From contig NC_068982.1 of NCBI RefSeq assembly GCF_001194135.2, forward strand, positions 41,258,510 through 41,303,441: a stretch of DNA of 44,932 nt. Reading direction: 5' to 3'. Shown here piece after piece: positions 22,870 through 34,609 of this stretch (position 1 is its first letter; every line of letters begins with the position of its first letter). The translations under genes were made by a program, and so were the position numbers. Under the pieces are notes generated by a model. It saw only the letters and a program-made list of their open reading frames with translations, searched no databases and was not told the origin of the DNA. The DNA is from Octopus bimaculoides. Lineage: Eukaryota.

Positions 22870-23905
22870 AGTACCAGGTTGAGTCAAAAGATTTTTGGGG
22901 ATTTCTACTGATGATTTTTTGAAATTTGTATCTCTATGTTATATCATTAATTTGATACAACTTGCTTTCCAATTGTTGCGGAACTGTTTATTCTTTATTT
23001 TCATATATAACATAGAAATGTTAGTTGTTTATTCTTTATTTTACAGCTTTGAGAATGAGTGGTGAAAAAGTAACAATTAGGGCCATTTTACACTATCTGT
23101 GGAAAAAAAGAAGACTTAATGCAAGGGAAATTAAAGAAGTGGAAGGCCCAGATTTTTCAAGGAAGGTGAGACCAGCCTCAAAGACAAACCAAGGTCAGGA
23201 AGACCTTCTGTTGTAAAAGATGAGGCCTTGCATGAAATAGTTGAACCACAGTCAAGTATATATATATTGTCAGCAGAACCTGGTCCTTCATAAAGCACCA
23301 TCAATTGATACTTCTATAAGCTCAGTCTTGTGAATAGATAATGTTACAAAGCTCCTGATGAACTGACCAATAACCAGGCTCAACAATGTGTGAATGTTTG
23401 CAAACAACTGCTGGCAAATCCTTGAGATGCTTGTTTTTGGTGTTGAATTGTAACTATGGATGAAAAATGGATCTATTTTTGTAATCCTAATAAGAAAAAT
23501 CAGGGGCTTTGTTCCAGCCAGGCTTCAGACCTGTTGTTATACAAGAGTGGTTTGAACAGAAGGTCACGCTGCGAGTTTTTTTGAATTTGTCTGAGCTTGT
23601 CCCAAGTGGTCATGCTGTGAACACTAACCTTCATGCTCAACAACTGCAGTGATTATATGATGCTTTGAAAGTAGGCTACCTGGCATTGGTCAATCAAAGA
23701 CATGCATTCCTACAGCATTACAATACCCCAGAACACATAGCCAATGTAACTTAACCCAAACTCGAGGAACCAGAGGGGATGGAAGTGCAGCCTTAAGTGC
23801 CTACAGTCCAGACCTTGCACCATCAGGTTACTATTTTTTCTGAGCCTTGGCTCATTTCCTAAAAGGACAGAGGTTCAACAATGTGGAGGAAGTTGAAAAT
23901 GAATA
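22870..23905 (+). mobile_element. Decayed mariner transposase pseudogene with a probable left TIR
   Basis: MSGEKVTIRAILHYLWKK, GETSLKDKPRSGRPS, IVTMDEKWIYF and AYSPDLAPSGYYFF. TA-CCAGGTTGAGTCAAAAG at about 22871 looks like a mariner TIR. Confidence 0.85.
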
Positions 23906-24666
23906 CTGAAAGTAAGATAATGAGATCTGTTACATTGTCTATACCTTATCCTCTTACAAAGCAGAAATCCAATCAGAATAATTTGTCATTGTTGAGCCTT
24001 GGGTAAATCCTAACTGAGCAGGCCTATCTATGATCCAAGAAATTTAAGCAACAACCATCCTGTCTTTTCCTCAAGAAACAGTGCACTCAGGTCCATGTTA
24101 TCTAAGGTGTCCTTAACATTACTGTAGAATATAATTTGAAGAGACTTGGCTGCTATTTCTAGCAAGGTGAGCAACCAGACAGGTACAAAATTTTTCATTA
24201 TTGCTGAGGTAAGTTACAATATTTCAGTGAATACAGAGTGCTTTCTTTCTTACAGATTGTGAATCCAGACTCTATCTTACCTATGTTACCAAGTCCTACT
24301 TTTTTTAAGGTTTCATGCTTATTTCAGGAGAAAGATAAAAGAACTGATACATATGTTACTTTATAGTAATTATTTTGAAGAAGAAAAGTGACAATGTATT
24401 TAAATTTTTCCAAGCTCTCCTTGTCAGACTTGCTGCTTTACTGTATTTTATTCAATGTTTTATGCTTTCACAATCATCTAATATAGGAGTATATTTATCT
24501 TTCACACCTCCAGGGTTGGTAGAATAAATTATAGTTTATTTCTAATTGATTTAAGCAGGTCATTTGAGAGATCAGATACCAGCCTAGTTAAAAGGGTTAC
24601 TGACAACTAATAAATACTGACTGCATTACATGCTTAGTGAAAATATCTCTGAATGGCCCAATCTAA

Positions 24667-24900
24667 ATCATCATCATCATCATTATCGTTTAACGTCCGC
24701 TTTCCATGCTAGCATGGGTTGGACGATTTGACTGAGGACTGGCAAGCCAGAAGGCTGCACCAGGCTCCAATCTGATCTGGCAGAGTTTCTACAGCTGGAT
24801 GCCCTTCCAAACGCCAACCACTCCGAGAGAGTAGTGGGTGCTTTTACATGCCACCGGCACGAGGGCCAGTCACACGGTACTGGCAACGGCCATGCTCAAA
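24667..24900 (-). mobile_element. RTE 3' UTR tail fragment with (GAT)n
   Basis: Near-identical to 31917-32100 (catcatcgtttaacgtccgctttccatgctagcatgggttggacg). Confidence 0.85.
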
Positions 24901-26790
24901 AAGGTGTTATTAATTATAAATCATAGTGGAAATGGCTTGTAAGTATAAACAGAAGCAGCATTGTAAAACTGATGAGTTAGCTTACAGTGCTGAGTCCAGG
25001 CCTTGCTGTAGACATGAACCAATCATAGAAAATTACTGACAGCATATCATCATTATCAACTCCGAACATCACTGTCCTAAGTCCTAGGACTCACAGGGCT
25101 GTTTACTAAGTTTTCATGGCATATAAGTGACTGAAATCATAACATTCTATTTGAATGGGAAGTCAGTCTGTAGTAGAGTTACTCATTTACAGCTGAGTGG
25201 ACTGGAGCAACAGAAAACAAGGTGCTTTACTCAAAAACATAATCGCCATCTGACCTGGGAATTGAAACCATGATCTTGTGATCATGAGTGTTACACCCGG
25301 ACCAGTAGGCCACAAGCCGTCATCTAACAGTATATCCGTACCCTTAATTCTGTTAGTAAAACCCCAGGAAGGCATATAAATGAACAAACCAGGCAAATCT
25401 AAATATTTTTAGATTACCTCAGTACTTTATAACCAACTTATGACTATACTTTATTCATAAGGAATGACCAATTTTGTATCAATCAATCCAGGTTCCTTAA
25501 AATCAGTGGGGGTTTTTTTTCTCAAACCACTTATACTTTTCAAATTCATATTGAAATTCCATTGACAATAGCCTTTTTTTTTCTACTTGGTGATATAGTT
25601 TTCCAGTTTCACTTTAACATTTCTGATACAATCCACCAAACATTTTACTCAAAAGTTTGTAATATTTTGTATCAAATCAAAAGTTGGGTGAATTACTAAT
25701 GCTCATAAACATCACAAACAACTGTTTTATACAATAAAATTTATAAATTTAGCATTTGTTGCTATTATTCTTGTATAATGAGTCCTCAAAATTTATTGGA
25801 GCCCTATTGAACAATTTCTATGTCTGAAGCATATCTTGGGCTAATTAATTTGGCAGAACTCATCACTCTCCAAATTGTTTAGTCTCATACCAATCGTGAT
25901 CAAGATATTGCACTCATGACCATTTTGTCTTCCTTTCAAGCATTGTATATCAAGGACTATATTATCTATTGTCTTTTCTTTTCTCTTGTGTTAGCACATA
26001 TCTACCTCTAAATTATACCTACAAGAGAAGTTGGACTCAGTACTATAAGCCAACAAAACTCTTGTCGGTTTTACAGTGATATATCTGCTTAAACAACTTA
26101 GTGGAGTTGGCTGTTCAGAAAATTGTCCAGATGGTAGATATGCTGCATACTTATAACACGATATGATCCACTGACTCTTCAGCTGATGGCTTTACAGCAC
26201 AGCAAGTCAGCAATCTGCAATTCCCATTCCGGAAAACCATCTACTATGCTAAGAATATCGTCATGTTCAGCCATATTTTGAAGTATGCCCCCTTATGCAC
26301 AATTCCATCTTCAAGCACATCATCATGAACAACATTTAACATTAATTTTTCCATGCTGGCATGGGTTGGATGGCTTAACAGGAACTGGCAAGGCCAGGGA
26401 CAGCACCAAGTTCCATAGTCTGTTTTTGCTTGGTTTCTATGGTGGGCTGCCCTTCATAACACCAACAACTTTACAGAGTGTCACCAATGCTTTTTAAGTA
26501 ACACCAGCACCAGTGCTTTTTAAGTGGCACCAGCACCAGTTCTTTTTATGTGGCATCAGCACCCACACCAATGTTTTTTATGTGGCACCTTATGTCTCAG
26601 TTAATTGATTCTGAGTCTCTCACAAATAAAGTTGCTTAATAATAACATTTCAAGTGATTAAAGAAATAAATTATCAAAAGTCACAACACTTAGTATAGAT
26701 AGAACCATACGTTCATAAAAATGATCTCTGATCATGAACCAGTTTAAAAGAATCTATTAGAATGACATAGTTTTATTTATAAACACTCAC

Positions 26791-26900
26791 CTCCTTAGAG
26801 ATTTCATTGAACTTACTGATGAAAGCATGCTTTAACCAGTCGACTACTACTTCTGCCAAAAGAATCATGACTGCATCTGGCAGAATTACTGAAATATGTT
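26791..26900 (-). CDS. TAPT1: TAPT1 coding exon, 110 nt (EHISVILPDAVMILLAEVVVDWLKHAFISKFNEISKE)
   Basis: tttgtttcag|AA acceptor and GAG|gtgagt donor. Contains the conserved VDxxKHAFIxKFN motif; its Asp (26839-26841) corresponds to human Asp353 as I recall the numbering. Confidence 0.96.
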
Positions 26901-26976
26901 CTGAAACAAAAGAAACAACATTTCCATTATTGAGACTAGTTTAATGATTAATACAATTATTTGAAGAACAGTTTAA

Positions 26977-27194
26977 CCTTTTTGTTATCATATTTCTGTC
27001 AAAATACTCTTTGTTTGCTTCAATTAATTTGGAAAATAAAGAAAAATTTAGTAAAATAACATTGTTGTTATTATGTTGGTATTTGGAACAAATTAACACA
27101 GAACTTTAATGAAAAGTTTTCATGTAGATCAATTTAAAACAGGAAGTTTGTATCAGAGAACCAGGAACAGTTTAAGGCAATTTGGCATCAAGAG
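26977..27194. mobile_element. piggyBac-like MITE
   Basis: Flanked by TTAA on both sides (26973-26976 and 27195-27198). Degenerate TIRs CCTTTTTG / CATCAAGAG; 218 bp. Confidence 0.65.
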
Positions 27195-27664
27195 TTAATT
27201 TTTTGTTAAATAACCACACAATCAATTTAATAGAGACTTTTTACACATGGGTTACAATTTTTCACCAAATATTACAACTAAACCCAACTTTACAATTGCT
27301 AATTTCTTTATTAAAAATAGCTGTCATATAATTAACTTCCCGGTTTAATTATTTACTATATTGGTTGTGTATTTCATTATATATAGTTTTAGTGACTGTG
27401 TGTGTGTGTGTGTGTGTCTGTCTTCATACCACAATTTGGCAACTGGTGTTGGTTTGATTAACCCTATGACTTAAGAGTTCAGCAAAAGAGGCTGACAGAG
27501 TAAGTACCAGACTTCAAAAATAAGTACTGGGGTCTATTTATTTGACTAAACCTTTGAAGTAAGTAAAAGAGTAACCAACGAAACAAATTATTAAATAGCA
27601 GCAGAATTTTAATTACAAATGTCTTTCTGGTTACAAAGTAAAATGAAAATAAAGGCACTGGAGG

Positions 27665-28325
27665 GACAATGTATACCCTGCACATAGATAGTTTTTTTTT
27701 TGCAAATTATAGTGTAACTTGACTAGAAACCTAAGAATAGTGAAATTAAGAAATCAATTCGTAAATAAATGAAACCTTTGAATCCATCACTGTACACACG
27801 CACACACACACACACACACACAGTCGCATATCTATGTATGTACGCACACATGTCTACATGCATAGGCACACCATGATCTATATACATGCAGATGAGGGGC
27901 GATTCGTATGAAAAAGGAAGTGAACAAAATGAAATACTTATAGAAAGTATTGCACAGCAATGTCTTTCAATGATGGCAGGTGAATCAAACATACTGTAGT
28001 TTGTTGTAGGATATAAATAATATAGCCACTTGCTTATCGGGAAATTTGTAAGTTCTGGTGAAATTAAGAAATCAACTCGTAAATAAATGAAACCTTTGAA
28101 TCCATCACTGTACACACACACACAGTTGCACATCTATATATGTATTTATGTATACTTGAAGATAATCAAACCAAATTTTCTTCATTTTGAGTCACTCCCC
28201 CAATGAATATTTCTGCCAAATTTGGTGAAAATCCATTCAGCCATTTTCCAGTAATTTTGCAAACAAACAGACAAAGACAACTGATTACAATACCCTGCTT
28301 TCACTTATGTGTGCAGGGTAATTAA
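27665..28325 (+). mobile_element. Helentron-associated (HINE/DINE-1-like) non-autonomous element with an internal duplication
   Basis: Subterminal inverted repeats TACCCTGCACA (27674-27684) and TGTGCAGGGTA (28310-28320). A 3' hairpin forms with TACCCTGC (28291-28298). A duplicated core with (CA)n starts at 27740 and 28058. Confidence 0.55.
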
Positions 28326-28392
28326 TGCTTTCTCTCTTTTCTTTTTTATCTCATGATTTTTAAAAAATAATTTGAGAGAGACAAAAACTTAC

Positions 28393-28543
28393 CAGGATTC
28401 CAGGAAAATTCTGCCATATTTCGAACAAACACTATAAACAGAAGGATAATGTACTGAAACCTTTCACGGGCATCACTGCAGGAGATTTGGAAAAGGTTTT
28501 TTTTGTCCACTCTTTTGAAGACATTTATTTTAATCTCAACAAA
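28393..28543 (-). CDS. TAPT1: TAPT1 coding exon, 151 nt (FVEIKINVFKRVDKKNLFQISCSDARERFQYIILLFIVFVRNMAEFSWNP)
   Basis: ttttttgcag|TTT acceptor and CCTG|gtaagt donor. Matches the family motif FVEIKGSVFKK...NLFQ...D..ERF. Confidence 0.96.
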
Positions 28544-30568
28544 CTGCAAAAAAGGATCAAAAGAAGAGAAGAGAAAGAAGTGCATTATATTAGTTTGTTG
28601 AGTGGATCTATGACACACACACACAAAAAAAAAGAGAGGAAAAAATATACATAATTTTTATTTTTTAATGATTTGATCAAAGATGGGGCATCACCCAAGA
28701 TTTTTGTGAGGGCTTCTGAGACTGGGAATGGAAGGAAGAAAGGAGGAAACCAGAATTCTTAGGTCGCTACTGTGGAAAATGGTGCAGACAAGAGACTTTG
28801 AATGCTTGAAATAAAGGAGACATTACTAAAATCAGCAAAAGAGTAGGTGCTGGTGTTAAACATGGTGGATGATGGATCAGGTCTACCTTCAAAGAACAGT
28901 CCACACAGTTTCCATCAACCTAATTTCATCCATAAGGATTGAATCACCATAAGGTTATGGTAGAAAGCACCTTTTTTGTTTTTCTTTTTCACTTACCTGT
29001 GTCCTGAAGGGGCTGAACCCATGGCCTTAGTGATACCATTAATGCTCCATTAACATTCCTATTGATTCTGATTTCTGACTTTTCAAAACTTATTAATCAA
29101 TGGGGGAAAAAAAAAAAAAAAAAAAGAAAGCACTTAATCAAAAAAATTGAAGGGTTTTTATTTATTTATTTCTAATCCATGCCAAATAAAAGGATGAGAT
29201 AAGCACAGCTGAAACATCTGATGGATCAGGGTTGACTTGGGAGTTAAAAGCATCAATAATGAAGGGGACCAATAAGTGGTCATTTGATGTGCTAGAAAAA
29301 AAAAAACAAAATTTACCCCAAGTACCATACTGTGGTAAACAATGCAGGATACATTGGATCACAGACAATCATAAACTAGCCTGTTATATTGCTAAGTCAA
29401 CGTTAATGTGTAGTGAGATTGAACCCAGAAACACATAATGGCGAAGTGAGCTTTTTATATATCTCATCTAGGTCGTCCCATACAACGCCCCCTTTTTATA
29501 TAATATGCACCTCAATAAAAGTTATAATAGTTAATTTTAAATTGCTTTTTAAAAAACACAGCAAGCTGACAAGTGCTGTGGGACTGAACCTGAAATCATG
29601 TGGTTGGGAAGCAATATATCAAAAAACAACAAGAGTTCAAGGGACATTCACAACTGATCTCACTAAGTTGACATTCAAGGAAAAATGGAAAAAAGGTAAC
29701 AGAGAGTAAAAGATAAAAGACAAGAGAGCCAGGAAAAAATGCATGTCGGTTAGGTATCTCTCTCATCGTCATTTAACGTCTACTTTCCATGCTGGCATGG
29801 GTTATATCATGCTGAACCGTTAATCCCTACACATTTTTTCTCCATTTCTTTTCATTCTCTCTCCTTTTTTCTCTCCTCTCAATCCTTTCTGTTAAAGACC
29901 GGAGGCTCAAAATGTCAAAGACTTCCATTCTTCCCAAGCGTCAAACTAATACACCTACTTGTTGTTACCACACCTGTCTTTGTCTTTTTTTTCTGTAAAT
30001 TTGAACTATATATATATATATATGAATACACATATTAAGTTTACAGTTGTAATCCAGACAGCAAACCTGTCTCCCTGAAAAGTAGACAAAGTTTTGCAGA
30101 CTTAATTTATGCAGTATAATTAAAATCTTCTCCAAATTATATGTTACTCAATTTGTTTTAACATGTTTTTAATTATTATACATTGATTTTCATATACTTG
30201 TTTAAAGTGGGTGGTTTTTATTTTTTGTTAGCTTGTTGTTGTTTTTATGCCGGAGAAATTGATTTTACAGCTGAATGACCTTCGAGCTGTAAAGTACTAT
30301 AAAGTACAAGGCTTGCTTATAAGTCAGTCAGGAAAACTAGAGCAAGTAGACTTATGTAACTTGCTCAGCAACAGTATTACACAATGATGATCATAGTTGA
30401 ATACCTTGATTATGGTCACATAAAGCAGAGATAGCGTGTTAACTTACGAAACATATTTTTTGTTTTTGCTTCAATGTAAAGGAAAAGATAAGGGCATTGC
30501 ACAATTGAGATATAACATTAAAAATATGTCAAGTTGTAAGTGAAAAATATATATGTACGTTAACTTAC

Positions 30569-30666
30569 ATTGTTAGACATCATAATGATAAGGAGAGATT
30601 TGTTATGAGAATTGAAAGCTACATTTAAAATCGTAGCCTGGACTAGAATCAGGATGCTGTGAAGAA
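30569..30666 (-). CDS. TAPT1: TAPT1 coding exon, 98 nt (LHSILILVQATILNVAFNSHNKSLLIIMMSNN)
   Basis: Near-identical to human LHAILIMVQATTLNVAFNSHNKSLLTIMMSNN. Preceded by an AC acceptor; donor AAT|gtaagt. Confidence 0.95.
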
Positions 30667-30738
30667 GTACAGATAGATAAGGAAATATTTGATAGTGAAC
30701 AGAATGTGTGTATTGTTGACACAAGAACAGCACTTTAA

Positions 30739-30957
30739 CCCTTTAGCTTTTAAACCAGCCATATCCAGCCCAAATATTCTGATTGCTTATATTCAAACTG
30801 GCCACATCTGGCCTCTTGCATCTACCCTACAATGTCATTCTAAAAATAAACAGTCATATTATCAAAATCTTGAAGGTATGAGATAAAGCATGATTAATTC
30901 AAAACAATGTGAACAAGTAAGCATTACATTTGATAGAGTAATCTGAATGCTAAAGAG
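30739..30957. mobile_element. piggyBac-like MITE inside the U12 intron
   Basis: TTAA-CCCTTTAGC ... GCTAAAGAG-TTAG: TIRs with one mismatch and a TTAA/TTAG target site. Confidence 0.75.
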
Positions 30958-31544
30958 TTAGGAACTTTTAAAAGTTTTCAGTGATCTCAAATCTGATTTC
31001 AATGTTTAAAATAAAGTAATAAATTCATTTATATTTTCATGTTTCCTAAATATGCTTTGCAGCATGCTTATTTCTATATAGTTTCTCTCTAAATTCCCAT
31101 TCTTTTAAGGCTGTTTTTAACTATTTTCTTGTTTATTTTTTTTCAATATCTATTTGTCTCCAAGAATTTAATCCTAATAGATTTTATTATTTACCTTCCG
31201 GCTATTCATCCACTAATCTTATTTATATAAATATATATTGTAGAACAAAACTACAGAATGTATATAAAATTCATTCATAAAAATCTTAAGACAACTTTTA
31301 TCAATTACTTTTTATTTGTTTCAATCAGTGGACTACGGCCATGCTGGGGCACCACATGAAGGGTTTTAGTCAAACAAACTGATCCCAGTATTTATTCTAT
31401 CAGTCTCTTTTGTTGAATCACTAAGTTATGGCAACATAAACAAACAAATACTGATGTCAAGTGGTGCTAGGGAACAAACACAGACACACACACACACATA
31501 TGTTGACATCATATATTTATGTTATTATTTGTTGCTGTATATGT

Positions 31545-31880
31545 GAAAGCGCATGGCTCAGTGGTTAGAGCGTCTAGCTTACGATCGTGAGGTTAGAGCA
31601 TCGAGCTTATGGACTGGGCTGCGTGTTGTGTTCTTGAGCAAGACACTTTATTTCACGTTGCTCCAGTTCACTCAGCTGTAGAAATGAGTTGCAATGTCAC
31701 AGGTGCCAAGCTGTATCGGCCTTTGCCTTTCCCTTGGATAACACAGGTGGCATGGAGAGGGGAGGCCAGTATGCATGGGCAACTGCTGGTCTTCCATAAA
31801 CAACCTTGCTCAGACTTGTGTCTGGGTGGGTGACTTTCTAGGCACAACCCTATGGTCAGTCATGACCGAAAGGGGTCTCA
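31545..31880 (+). mobile_element. tRNA-derived SINE family C
   Basis: A box tggctcagtggttagagc and central cttgagcaagacactttatttcacgttgctccagttcactcagctg. Related copies at about 2120-2250, 2830-3070, 33478-33640 and 35200-35350. Confidence 0.7.
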
Positions 31881-31916
31881 GCATATGCTTCAAGATCCTT
31901 GTTCCAAAAAAATAAA

Positions 31917-32630
31917 TCATCATCATCATCGTTTAACGTCCGCTTTCCATGCTAGCATGGGTTGGACGATTTGACTGAGGACTGGTGAAACCGGATGGCA
32001 ACACCAGGCTCCAGTCTGATTTGGCAGAGTTTCTACAGCTGGATGCCCTTCCTAACGCCAACCACTCAGAGAGTGTAGTGGGTGCTTTTACGTGTCACCC
32101 GCACGAAANNNNNNNNNNNNNNNNNNNNNNNNNNNNNNNNNNNNNNNNNNNNNNNNNNNNNNNNNNNNNNNNNNNNNNNNNNNNNNNNNNNNNNNNNNNN
32201 NNNNNNNNNNNNNNNNNNNNNNNNNNNNNNNNNNNNNNNNNNNNNNNNNNNNNNNNNNNNNNNNNNNNNNNNNNNNNNNNNNNGTAGTCATCGCCTCGGT
32301 GAGGCCCAATGTACGAAGGTCTTGCCTCACCACCTCAGCCCAGGTCTTCCTGGGCCTACCTCTTCCACGGGTTCCCTCAACTGTTAGGGTGTGGCACTTT
32401 TTCACGCAGCTATCCTCCTCCATTCTCACCACATGTCCATACCAGCGCAATCGTCTCTCTTGCACGCCACAACTGATGCTTCTAATGTTCAGCTTTTCTC
32501 TCAAGATACTTACACTCTGACGGGTATTCACATTGACATTACACATCCAACGGAGCATACTGGCTTCATTCCTTGCGAGCTTACGTATGTCCTCAGCAGT
32601 TACAGCCCATGTTTCACTGCCATGTAGCAT
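31917..32630 (-). mobile_element. 5'-truncated RTE LINE with an open C-terminal frame and (GAT)n tail, spanning a gap
   Basis: MLHGSETW...LRWMC...QERRLRWYGHVVRM...GTRGRGRPRKTW is the canonical RTE C-terminal motif set. The tail is the same as at 9640-9679. Confidence 0.92.
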
Positions 32631-34255
32631 AAATAAATAAATAAAAGAATCACACCCACACAATGGGCTCTCACACAGTTTCTGTCTATGGAATTCACTC
32701 ACAAGGCATTGGTTGACCCAGGGCTATATAGTAGAAGTAACTTGCTCAAGGTGAGCAGTGGGACTAAACCCAAAATCATGTGGTTGTAAAACGAGCTTCT
32801 TAACCACACAGCCATGACTATGTCTTTGTGCCTAAGATTCTCATGAAAAATCCTGAGACAACTTTCATGAAAACTATTTCATATCATTTTATATCATAAG
32901 GTCACTCCCCCGATGAAGAGGAATTGGCCTGCAAGAGTCCTGTGCTGGTGCCATGTTAAAAACACCCAGCACACACTGTAAAGTGGTTGGCATTAAGACG
33001 GGCATTCAGCTGTAGAAGCCAAGCCAAATCAGACTGGATCCTGACACAGTTCTCCGAATTGCCAGCTCTGGTCAAACCATCCAACCCATGCAAGCATGGA
33101 AAACGGACATTAAAGGATGATGGTCATATAATAAAGATGCAGATATTTTAAAAGAACATTTACAAAAGAAGTTTTAAAAAGTGTTTAATGAAATCCTCAT
33201 ATTATGAAAAACTTATCTGGTAAAACAAAATTGGGATAAAACAAATGCTATAAAAATTCATATTGTATCTTTTGCCTCACAAATATTTTGTTGATAAACT
33301 CAAAAGTTAAGTGCTAACACTTTAATTAGACTGACTTGTGAGCAATTCTGGTAGACAGAAACTGTGTAGAAGCCCATAGTGTGTGAGTAAGTATGTATGC
33401 ATATGTACACACACACACTTCATCTTTATATTTGGTTTGAAAGATACTCAAACATATAACACACACACACAAACACTGAAGGTGCATGGCCTAGTGGTTA
33501 AGGTGTTGCACTCACAATTGCAAGATCATGATTTCAATCCCCAAACTGGCAGTGCATTGTCTTCTTGAGTAAAGCACTTCATTTCACACTGTTTCAGTCC
33601 ATTCTGCTGAAAAGGTGTAACCCTGTGATGGAATGTTGGCCTGCCTTCCTATCCAGTAAGATAGCATCATTCAAAAGCTACAACAATGCAAGGAAGTACA
33701 CTGTGACCAGTGGTGTTTAACAACATCCCACAGCCTGGTTGATACAGTGACAGAGAGACACACAGGCAAGCAGACACACATACATACATAAATAAATGTG
33801 TAAAAGACAAAAACTGGGAAGTTTGTTCTAAAATCATTCACTTACAGCATCCTTACATTGTGTTCCAGTGACGATTTTAAGGCTGAATTGTTTAAGACTA
33901 ACCTTATGTAATTTAGTCTTACATTTGTCACTGAAACACATGTAGAGATGATATATGTAATGAGGAAGTGAGTTTAGAGCAAACTTGTTAGTCTAGTTTC
34001 TTTCTATGTATACTCTGTGGGAGAATTAAAAAAACAAAAACTGTGTTTATACGTATCTATAGACTTATACATATATATTTATGTAGGCTTGCATATTTGT
34101 AGAAAATATATGCATGTGTGTATTTTAAATAGCACAAATAGATGTAGTTGAAGTACACAGGTATACTAACAGTTATAAAACAGGTATACTAATCTATTAA
34201 TAATCATGACTCAACACTATGTTCATTAACATAATTCATTTCATCAAAAGGATAT

Positions 34256-34391
34256 TAACATAAAAAATAGCTAAAATAAGGTGACCAAGGACTCCAATAT
34301 GTTCCCTTTTCCTTCCTCTAGGTTCAGTTGCACTCCAGAAGAGAGAGTCAAGGAAATCTTGTCCAATACCAATAAATAATTTATCTGCCAG
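34256..34391 (-). CDS. TAPT1: TAPT1 coding exon, 136 nt (LADKLFIGIGQDFLDSLFWSATEPRGRKREHIGVLGHLILAIFYV)
   Basis: ttattgcag|CTG acceptor. Matches human ADRLFSSFGQDILDALYWTATEPKERKRAHIGV. Ends at a U12-type donor A|ATATCCTTTT. Confidence 0.95.
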
Positions 34392-34609
34392 CTGCAATAA
34401 AATAAAACAGAATAGTATAAGTTGTTGACATCATTAAAATTTATAAGCTTCAAGAGAATGTGAAATAATTATAGTTAGAAACAGTGATACTGAAGGCAGA
34501 AAAAGCTAAAAATGATAGTGTGTAAATATTGGGGTTAAAAAACCCTTTGGATAGGAAAAGCCAAAGGTTGCCCATGGGATTTGAACGCAAATCTTCTGTA
34601 AATATGCCT

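Larger units (their letters stand above)
30667..34255 (-). other. TAPT1: U12-type (minor spliceosome) AT-AC intron of TAPT1, 3589 nt
   Basis: 5' end ATATCCTTTT. 3' end TTTCCTTATC-TATCTGT-AC. Splicing at these ends gives A|TT (Ile) and a continuous ...FYVILHSILILVQAT... frame. Confidence 0.92.

Noticed and set aside
31545-31620. tRNA-like sequence
   Set aside because: It has A/B-box remnants but no complete cloverleaf and continues into a SINE body; it is a SINE head, not a tRNA gene.
31975-32000. CTGAGGA-ctggt-GAAA-ccgg hammerhead-like string in the RTE tail
   Set aside because: No stem II or stem I pairing and no UH triplet; sister copies lack GAAA.
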